A stretch of DNA of 64,000 bases from Octopus vulgaris (lineage: Eukaryota), in the NCBI GenBank assembly GCA_951406725.2, contig OX597821.1:51398001-51462000 (forward strand). Reading direction: 5' to 3'. Each line of letters opens with the position of its first letter. Position 1 is the stretch's first letter. The notes under the pieces are model-generated. The model was not told the DNA's origin. It saw only the letters and a program-made list of their open reading frames with translations, and did no database searches. Shown one piece after another: positions 54,462 to 64,000 of the stretch. A program made the translations under genes and the position numbers.

Positions 54462-55789
54462 TTATTCTTCCCATATTTTTCTTTTTAGCAGAAAAGATTT
54501 TAAAAAATACGTTTGTTATAAGTTCTGATCTATGTTTGCTAAAAATCCATTTATTACACATTTTTGTTTGTATTGTTTCTAATGTTTAAAAGAGACGCCA
54601 TTGTAAAAGTTTCCCATGTATCAAGTCTCATCGCCAACACTTATCATTTTACTCGCCTTTTCAAATGAAACCATTGAAATCAATATAGAATATTATACAC
54701 AATATTGATTTCAGCTTCACCAAACATAAGGACGGGGAAGCATATTTGACCAACTATTCATTGAAAGGTACGTTTTCACCGGTGGCATTTACACAGTGAA
54801 TATAGAACGACAAAATTAATGAAGTAACATATGTTATCCATTAATCTAAATATTTTACTGCACATATTTGAGTCCAGAAAACTACATGTCTCACTGTGCA
54901 GAGTTTAATCCATTCTACTGCATGCTTTACTATAGTAGTTTAGTCAATTATAATACGCTGCTGTTTACTGACTGGGTAAAACACATTACGTGGTTGTTTT
55001 GTTTTTATATAACATTGCGTCATTTTACTGTCTGATTTCAAATGATGAATTTCAAATTTGTTTTCCATTCTTCTTGGGGCAAATAATTCAGTGCCTGTCA
55101 CTTAATGAGTAAGAATTTTAATGAGCTTATATCGTTCCTCAAACGTGAGGCTGTAAGATACGCTCAAGATCTGAACTTTTTGTCGGATTCTTGCAGGGAG
55201 TGTATCGACATAGTACTCGACAGATACATATTTTAATCTAAGCAGAAAATATTAGGAAGTGAGTCTACCCAATGCTTATTTTGATTAATATTGGTTTCAA
55301 ATTTTAGCACAAGGCCAGCAATTTCGGGGAATGGGGTAAGTCGATTAAATAGACACCGGTGTTTAATTGGCACTTATTTTATCGACGTTGAAAGGATGAA
55401 AAGCAATGTCGATTCCGATAGAATTTTTATTCAGAGCATAAGGACGGACAAAATGCTGCTAAGCATTTTGCCCTGAGTGCTAGTGATTCTGCTTGCTGTC
55501 CGCCTTCAACTCAGATTAACATTACAACATGTTGAGACACACTGAGGAAAATTTAATTATATACCTACTAATATAATCAGACAAATTATACATGCTGTCT
55601 ATAGATTTAAATTGTTGTTAAAATATGGGGAACTTTTATAATGCCTGAAAATGTGATGTACTGGCTGCAAAAGAGATTGCACCTTTTAAAACTTATCAAT
55701 GAGAAATTAAAACCTGCATGGTCAATTCCAAACTTTCACATGTCTAAATTACCACACGGCAAAATGCATCAACACTGTTACAATATGCT

Positions 55790-56095
55790 CAGAGTTTCAC
55801 AAGATGTCCATACTATCACAATATGTCCACACAGTCATAACATCCTTGTTGCTCTATGTCAACATTTTTACAGCATGCTACACTATTACATGTTCGTATA
55901 GACATATATTCACAGTAGCAGATCTCCACACAGTTACACGATGTGTACACTATTCCAACATTTCCACATTGCCAAAATCTGTCCAAACTATCACAAGTCT
56001 ACACACAAACAAAATAAAAACTTGGAGACGGTCAAAGCATACCTACAGTGTCACAACATCTCCACACTAACACAATTTGTCCACACTGTGAACTT
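55790..56095 (+). repeat. Degenerate ~19-bp minisatellite (ATGTCCACACTATCACAAT-like)
   Basis: Recurrent TGTCCACAC/TCTCCACAC/TTTCCACAT units at roughly 19-nt spacing. Confidence 0.6.
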
Positions 56096-58136
56096 GTTCT
56101 CTGTATACGAATCCATGCTTCTTATCATACCGTGCAGTATTGTCCTCAAAGTATGGAAAAATTAAAATAGCAGAATGTGAATCTTATCTTGATGTTCACT
56201 TGAGTAACTACGATCCATATATAAGCACATTGAAGCTGAAACTATGCAACAGTGAGAATAACTATATCAAAATGGCAACAAAGTCAGAGTATTTCTTTAT
56301 CATTTTCCATTGGCTCCGAAAAATTTTCTTATAAAGTTGTAGTAAAATTAAAGACGTTGTAGAGAATAATATAAAATGTAATAATTAATTATGTAGGCTT
56401 TAATTTAACTCTTGTTGAATCTTTAATTTGCCAACGTCTTTAAAATAGCACCTACTTTCTTTTAAAACTTCTCAATGCAGAACATCAAAGAAAAAAAAAC
56501 TTTTTTCCATTCCTTGAATTGTGGTACGGCACTCGCTATGGACTGCTGGAGTAAAAATGTTACCGGAGTATTGTAAACGAAAGTATATTGGAATGAACAT
56601 TGCAGCAAAGTATTCAGTAGAATAAGTTACAATGATTACGAGTTGAGTATATCTGGTGTATGTAACATTTTGTTGCACACAAAACGTATCATGCACAGAA
56701 TAACTGGTATATATATATATATATGCGCAAGCCGGTGTATGGAGTTGTTAGCCTTGAAAGAAGGTTGCTTAGTCATTCAATGAGCAGCGAAATTAATATC
56801 GCTGCTGCACTACAGTAACTACTGCAGCTGATATGACTGACAGGAATTCCCGAAGGTAGTTTCTTCGTAATATAGGCTCAATGAAATGCCTACATATAGG
56901 AAAAGTGAATGTGTGTATGGGTGTGTGCATCAAAGAGGCGCAAGAGTTTCTGTGTGCCAAGACGTTTGCTTTCAAACCACCAAGCTTCCTATTGAGTCCC
57001 TCTGCGCGGCATCATGGACAAGAATCTTCTTATATAGCCACGGTTCGATCAAATACTTGCAAGCGGATTTGATGGAAGGTGATAAAAAATATGTGTGTGT
57101 GTATGCGTGTGCGTTTGTGTTTGTAGCTTATCATAGTTTCTAAATATGCTTACGTGTGTTTACATCCCCGTAACATAGTGGTTCGGTGAAATGAACCGAT
57201 AGAATAAGTGCTGGGCTTTAAAACAAATAATAAGTTCTTGGGTGTATTGATTCGGCAATAATTCTTCAAAGTATTGCTCCCAGCATTGCTGCAGTCTAAT
57301 TGCAAATAAACGGTAAAATATACTGGCCATAATATATTTTATATATGTAGTTGGTGCACATAGGCAACTGGATTTTTATTATCACAGATTTATCACACAC
57401 ACATATATATATATATATGAGAGTCTGCCGCAGACTTTCCGTTTAATCAAATTACCGACTCACGCTCATGTAGTTTCAGAAGGTAGATGAAGGCTAAATT
57501 ATCTGTGGCAATATCGTGGCAATAAAACTCCAGTTGATTATGAGCACCACCAAAATACACACGTCTTTCAACATATACATTTTAAAAACAAACATGCATG
57601 TAAATATTTATGTGAGTTGTTGGCATGTTTAGATGGTAGTAAACAGTCTAAATTCATGATGTTATATATCATATTTTTACTCCGGTAACATTTGGAATGA
57701 TATATAATATGTTTATATAATACTAAAGTTGTATGCTAATGGCGTAGCTAGAACATGACACCATATATGAAAGCAGTGTGTAACTATCATGAAATATGCC
57801 AATAATCGTATCCAAAGTCATTACAATCCCCTGTATTCCAGCCATCAGAATTTTGATGTGTTAACCAGTTCCATGCCAACATATTTTGCTAAAAGTACTA
57901 ACAAGACATGACGTTGTTATAGATATTAATGTTACAGGTGGCGGCGGTTTCGTATTTATGGCCAATTCATGAGCAGTTAAGCAGTGTGGCATTATATAAG
58001 TCAGAAATATCAATTTTCAAATGTAAGGTTGTGGCGATAGTGTGACTAAAAGTATGAGGAAACATTCATATATAAATATTTAACTACACATATCTATGTG
58101 CTTATGCGTTTGTGTGTGTGCGAGTTTGTGTTTGTA

Positions 58137-58167
<31 letters not shown>

Positions 58168-58974
58168 CTGTTTGCGAATGTGTGTGTGTGTAATTATCAG
58201 GTATAACATACCGCAGTACATACTTTCCCTTATTTTAGCGTTAGGTATAAGAAAGTGATCACAGCCGAGTATAGTTACTATTGATATGAAAATGAAACAC
58301 ACACACACACACAAACACACACACACGCACACACACATACACACACATACACAAACACACACACACACACATACACACATATATATATATGTATGTATAT
58401 CGATATCAAAATATACAAATTCACCCACAACCAATATAGTTACACAAAGGTACGGAAACCTGATTAGCAGGGACGTTGTTCTTCAACCTACTTGACATAG
58501 AAACTAAATACGCCCTAACAGCATAACCTATGGCCTCAGATAAAGTGTAAGATATTGAATTAATGTAATTTCTAGAACACTATGTTCTAAAAGTGTTGGA
58601 ATTATAATCGCTGGAATGTTTTTTAAACTTACTCGATTGTATAAGTTCTCGTGCAAAGCCCATAATGGTCAAATTTGCTCTTCATTATTCTTGATGTATG
58701 TATGTATGTATGTATGTATGTATGTATGTATGTATGTATGTATGTATGTATGTATGTATGTATGTATGTGTGTGTTTGTGTTTGTGCCTGTGTTTTCCCC
58801 AGTACCGCTTGCCAACCGATGCTGGTGTGTTTACGCCCCAGCATTTTAGCAGTTCGGCAAAAGAGACCGACAGTACTATCCTTAACAAAAAATAAGGACT
58901 GTGGTCAATTCATTCGACTAAAAATTCTTCAAGGTGGCGCCGCTACATGGGCACAGTCTAATGACTGAAGCGAG

Positions 58975-59089
58975 TAAAAGATTGACGGTGATATAAAGCT
59001 TCTGTGCTCTATCCCTAAATGTGCGAAATTAAAAGATTGACGGTGATATAAAGCTCCTGTGCTCTATCCCTAAATGTGCGAAATTAAAA
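58975..59089 (+). repeat. 55-bp tandem duplication (1 mismatch)
   Basis: AAAAGATTGACGGTGATATAAAGCT(T/C)CTGTGCTCTATCCCTAAATGTGCGAAATT x2. Confidence 0.95.
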
Positions 59090-59289
59090 AAAAATATTTT
59101 TGACATACCCTTTTTTGGATTGGGAATAAATTCCTGATTTTTCAGTGAAGTATACCTTACTTTCTGCTCTGTAACATTTCAAATTTTCTTTTCATATCGT
59201 TTTAATTCAAGGATTTATTTAATTTGTTTGTAATACGTCATATACAAAGAATAGATGATAGAAAATTGAGCATAATAACCATTTCAAAT

Positions 59290-59605
59290 GAATTAATACA
59301 TGGGATTTCACCTAGAAAGTTACCCTCCTAGACACAAGTCCGGGCAAGGTTGTTTTATGGAAGACCAGCAGTCGTCCATGCATACCAGCCTCCCCTCTCC
59401 ACGCCACCAGTGTTATCCAAGGGAAGGACAAAGGCCGATACAGCTTGGCACCAGTGACGTCGCAACTCATTTCTACAGCTGAGTGAACTGGAGCAAAGTG
59501 AAATAAAGTGCCTTGCTCAAGAACACAACACGCAGCCCGGTCCGAGATTCGAGCTCACAACCTCACGATCGTAAGCTCGACGCTTTAACCACTGAGCCAT
59601 GCGCA
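59290..59605 (-). mobile_element. SINE family C (tRNA head)
   Basis: Minus-strand GCGCATGGCTCAGTGGTTAAAGCG...GAGCTCGAATCTC head and GTTCTTGAGCAAGGCACTTTATTTCAC..TGCTCCAGTTCACTCAG core. Related heads at 5480-5748, 12975-13110 and ~34050-34200. Confidence 0.8.
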
Positions 59606-60737
59606 TTCATGATATGTATGAATTAATACATACATATCATGTATTACACTAATTTGTTGCCTTTTAAAAATGATTGTAGCATGTCGTATTTATTATCTAT
59701 TTTTCAAATGTTGCTTTGCATTCTCCTATCTTGAATCTAAGCAGCAATAAGCATAAACGTTTAAACATACGCAACAAGTTATTGATTGCATTTCTCTTTT
59801 AAATTTTGTTAAATGTTTCTGTCAAGAAATGAAATAACAATATTATATATAGTGAATTTAATGCGAATTTTTGTTATGTCTAATGGAATGCATGTGCCAT
59901 ACGTTAAGCTTCATTTTAAAGATAAGTAATGTCCAATATGATTCTAATATTTTCGTATTATAGTAATACGTATATAATTTCCATGCAACGATTAGATATC
60001 AACTCTTATTAATTTATAGTTTCGTATATTTGAAAAAGAAAAAAATGAATAAATGAATAAGAAGGAAAGAAAATCAAGATTCTATTTTTATTCAGATAAT
60101 TGAATGAAATATATATCTATATATTTTTAATTACGAACATGAGACAATTATAGTTTATCTAATCTCAGTTTTAGATCCATTAGGTACAAGCATTTTAACA
60201 TAAGGTCATTTTGAACATATGTACAGAGCTCATAGCAAATGAAAATATATTCAAATAATAGAATAATAACGGTTTCAAATATTGGCATAAGGCCTGCAAG
60301 TTTAGTGGGTGGGGGCAGTAGGTCGACTATAATGACTCCAATACTTGACTGGTACTAAGTTTAAGGGCAGAATAAAAGGCAAAGCTAACACCAGGGGGGT
60401 TTAAACACCTAGCGAGGTACAATAATACCTGCAAAGCGTTTTGTTCGATTTTCTAATGACCAGTGGCAGACTTGGCCTGGTTGCCAGCTTGCCCGATGTG
60501 AATACATATATGGGTAACCATGTTAGTATCTAAGGGGCCATCCCCTCAAGTTTCCTGGAAGAATTCATTAATTATTTCAGCATGGCTGTGTTTGTAGACA
60601 GATGAAAAGAATACTTTTAACAAAAAGAAATTAAATGACGCCATTGTAGTTGCGGGTGGGCCATTTTAGTCTCCTGGCATCCAATATTTTTAGACCCTGT
60701 CCGCCACTGCTAATGACTATAATAATGCTTTCTACCA

Positions 60738-60954
60738 CAAGGTGGTATTGAAAAGTTCGTGGCTTTAAGTGTATCACGAAAGCTCTGGTCAGAAGCCTAA
60801 CCTTTCGAGTTTTTTTGCAGGGCTTAGAAAATCTGAAGGACTGCTGCAATAAATGCGTGAACCTGAGAGGAAAATATGTTGATTAAAATAAGAATTAACT
60901 GGTTCCCCTGTATTTTCTTTCATCCAAAGCCAGGAACTTTTCAGTACCCCCTCT
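60738..60954 (+). mobile_element. Mariner-derived MITE
   Basis: ~28-bp imperfect TIRs (AAGGTGGTATTGAAAAGTTCGTGGCTTT / AAAGCCAGGAACTTTTCAGTACCCCCTCTT). The internal KCVNLRGKYVD* is a mariner C-terminal remnant. Confidence 0.8.
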
Positions 60955-61494
60955 TATAGCCATAAGGCCTGAAATTTTAGGGAAAGGAGTAGTCAATCCA
61001 AGTATTCAGTTGGTACTTATTTTATCCACCTCTAAAGGAATGAAGACAAATTCGATCTCGGCGTAGTTTGAACTCACAACGTAAAGATAGATAAAATTAC
61101 CCTAGGCATTTTGTCTGGCGTGCTTATCATTCTATCAGCTTGTCGCCCGTGATTGTAATAATGGTTTCAAATTTTGACACAAGGTCAGCAATTTCGAGGA
61201 AGTAGTTAAGTCAATTACAACGACCCTAGCACTCAACTTGTACTTTATTTTAGCAACCCCGTTAGTGCGAAAGGCAAAGTCTACTGCGGTGGAATTTGAA
61301 TTTAGAAACTAAGAAGGGATGAAATTCCGATAAGCATTTTCCCCGTCATGCTAACAATTGTGCCAGATAACCACCATTCGCACGATTGTAATAATAATGT
61401 AATTGTCAGCTAAGGTGTATTCTGTCTGTTGTACCGTTCGAAATGTTACAAGGGAAACAAATTTTCCTCCAACTCTTATAAAAAAGCAGAAATG

Positions 61495-63800
61495 GTTAGG
61501 TAGGTTAGAATCTCCCCATTCTCCACGCTTCAACAAATTTATTATGTAGCGGGAAGCATCACCCTATCAGCCATCGTCTTCCTTCCCATGTGCAACTGCA
61601 AAACGTCGGTGGAGGTTTGGTTGAAGAAGAACAACCACTTTCACTGCAACCATCGTCTCTGCACAAATCCTACATATGCACAGCCGACGGTATTTCTGTG
61701 ATTGTCAGGTTTATATTGAAACGGTATCTCGCGGCGAGCTGGCAGAAACGTTAGCACGTCGGACGAATTGCGAAGCCGTATTTCGTCTGCCGTTACGTTC
61801 TGAGTTCAAATTCCGCCGAGGTCGACTTTTCCTTTCATCCTTTCGGGGTCGATTAATTAAGTACCAGTTACGCACTGTCTGTCCTTGTTTGTCCCCTCTG
61901 TGTTTAGCCCCTTGTGGGTAATAAAGAAATAGGTATCTCGCTAGTTATGACTACCAGACTAGGAAATTCTTAAAACCACCCATAGTCCTCTGGAACAAAC
62001 CAGCTAGTTGATTCCCGCCGACAGCTGTTTCCTCAAGAAGTCCGTTCATCTTGCGCACGAGTAGTCCTCTGTAGAAAGCTAACGTAGAGTATCTACCGAT
62101 TGAATTGCCCAAACAGAGAGAGTTTTTTGAGACCCTGGTAACATTTCAGATATTAACTAGCCTTACTTGGTCTTCTCTTGGCACAAAACCAGATTTTCGT
62201 TAGTGACGAGCTGTAGACCGAAGTATCTGACAAAAGTGATAGCATCTCAGTCAAAGGATCTCCATGTCGTAGTTTTTGTGTATATCTATACATAAACAGC
62301 TATTCTGTTTCTCTATCTCAATACAAAGGTTTTTGACTGCAGATAAGCTGGGTGGGGCGATATACAATTCTATACATTTTCATTGCTTCTCTTCCGTGAT
62401 GACGGGCTCAACCATTGCACCTTTTATTGTTATTTGATTCATTGAGGGATAGCTGTTGCTGATATTGTTCTCAGATGTTTGACTCTAAGAATCTGTGTTT
62501 GTATTGTACTCAGATGTTTGACTCTAATAATCTGGTTCTTGTCTAGAAGAGAGTAGTGTTGACACCTTTTGACCTTTCATTTTGGATTTGCAACAGTTGT
62601 TTTTGCTCATAATCTTTAAAGTTGCATTTGATCTTGTTATTGTTGTTGTGTTTGTTGCAATTGATAATGATGTGGGTGTAGTACTGAAATCAAGGAGACT
62701 TTCACTTTTTCTTTTTTTTGCTAAAGGACAAAGTTATCTGGTGGTCTGTACTATCCTAAGCGTAGCACCTCGAGCGTCCAGTCATCTACCACAAATCACA
62801 AGTTTCAAATCTTTGCCACGTTTTGTCGAGTGGTCAATGTTTGCACCGTATTTTTTTAACCATTTATTATCGGGAGTGGATTTCTTGCTGATAATTTTCC
62901 CGTGTTCTTTTAGGTTCATACTAAAATATTATTTCAAATATGGTGCCGCATATGTGAAGCCTGTCTAAGTGTATGCTTTTCCATAGACGTCGACGGTAGT
63001 AAATATTCCTCAGGGAGGAACCATATATCTCCACTGAGATGTCTCCACATATATCTCCACTGAGATATGTGTGCTAACCATATATCTCCACTGAGATATA
63101 TGGTTAGCATATCTCTCTCACTTGCTTCCCTAACGTGTCATAGAAAGTCCTACACCTGCCGCGTGTATTTTCCTGCTTGTGCTGGAGTGATAGGTTTGGC
63201 CATTCCGGTAACAATCATATAAAACTAAATTTTAGAGTTCTTTGTTTAATATTTAATTTTTCTTCTGATGACATCCGGAAGTCCTCTTAGCCAATGTTTT
63301 GTTTTTCAAGTTTAAATCCTGCTTACATATTAAAGAGCGTTCTTTGAGCGTGTTAGTTAATGCTGCGGTGTAGTCTCGGTCGTTGTGTTTGTGGGCATGT
63401 CACAATGACGATGGTAACAAAAGTATTGTATTTGTTGGAGCCGCTGTTGTTGATAAAGGGAATTTTATCAACTGCCTCGATTCGATGTCGGTATTGGTGG
63501 TGGTGGCTTTGGTAGAGTTGGTTTTGAATGTGCTGATGTTTCCAAAAGTTAGTTATTGTTAAAAATTATCTTTTCTACTTTTTACGCTAGGTTTTCCTTG
63601 TCGTTAATAACTGTTTTCCGTCTATGCTCTGAAGATAGCTGTTTTCGTTGTAGGAATTGTTGTTGATGCTGTTATTAGCGGAGGAGGCTAATTGAGGTGT
63701 TGTTTTTTAGTATGTTTGTTGCAGTCCAACAGGCTTTTGCTCATTTGGCTTCCCTCGCTGCTCCAATACTCAAGAATAAATATTAGATCATTCTCACACA
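61495..63800 (-). pseudogene. Decayed L1/Tx1-like LINE (ORF1 zinc knuckle + ORF2 C-terminal remnant, large internal deletion)
   Basis: Minus strand 62726-62770 reads CYA*DSTDHQITL-CP (CX2CX4HX4C with a stop and a frameshift); ...STLAFYRGLL...LAGLFQRTMG lies near 61980-62100. Assignment by eye. Confidence 0.45.
61731..61938 (+). mobile_element. SINE family A, young copy
   Basis: GCGGCGAGCTGGCAGAAACGTTAGCACG head; GGTATCTCG present on both sides. Confidence 0.85.
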
Positions 63801-64000
63801 AGGGGGAAACATCGGTTGCCATTTTCTGCTAAAACAAAACATATTACTTAAGGTAGTTTCTTAGTTTAAAAAGTTGAACGAAATAAAAGAACAACCAACC
63901 CCTAGAGATCTAGGTTGGCTCTACAACAAAATGAACAGAAATCAGCAAAGCAAATTCTTAAAATGGTGCAAAAAACTAATTATTTTTCTACATCATATCT

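Noticed and set aside
58975-63115. Short tandem repeats (55-bp pair; 63-kb hairpin triplet) as CRISPR-like arrays
   Set aside because: Eukaryotic context, only 2-3 units, no regular unique spacers and no cas genes.

Overview
AT-rich, microsatellite-saturated eukaryotic DNA. The repeat content suggests a coleoid cephalopod such as Octopus (inference from the repeat families, not verified). The only host coding sequence I can support is one 112-bp internal exon (48149-48260, +) of a natriuretic-peptide-receptor/receptor guanylyl cyclase, so much of the window may be intronic. The rest is mobile DNA: a very recent Penelope-like element (PLE) with a 1.1-kb inverted pseudo-LTR and an open RT-thumb/GIY-YIG ORF (6474-9420), several decayed PLEs, three mariner relics and a mariner MITE, two non-autonomous Helitrons, LINE fragments and many tRNA-headed SINEs. 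The most striking pattern is a set of small, mutually dissimilar fold-back elements sitting in (TA)n tracts. Each has an inverted repeat plus a one-sided tail and carries a type I hammerhead ribozyme (HHR) motif, usually with a palindromic stem III. Several show a U3-A8 core (TTGANAA) in place of C3-G8. Almost all short ORFs in the supplied track are microsatellite artefacts.
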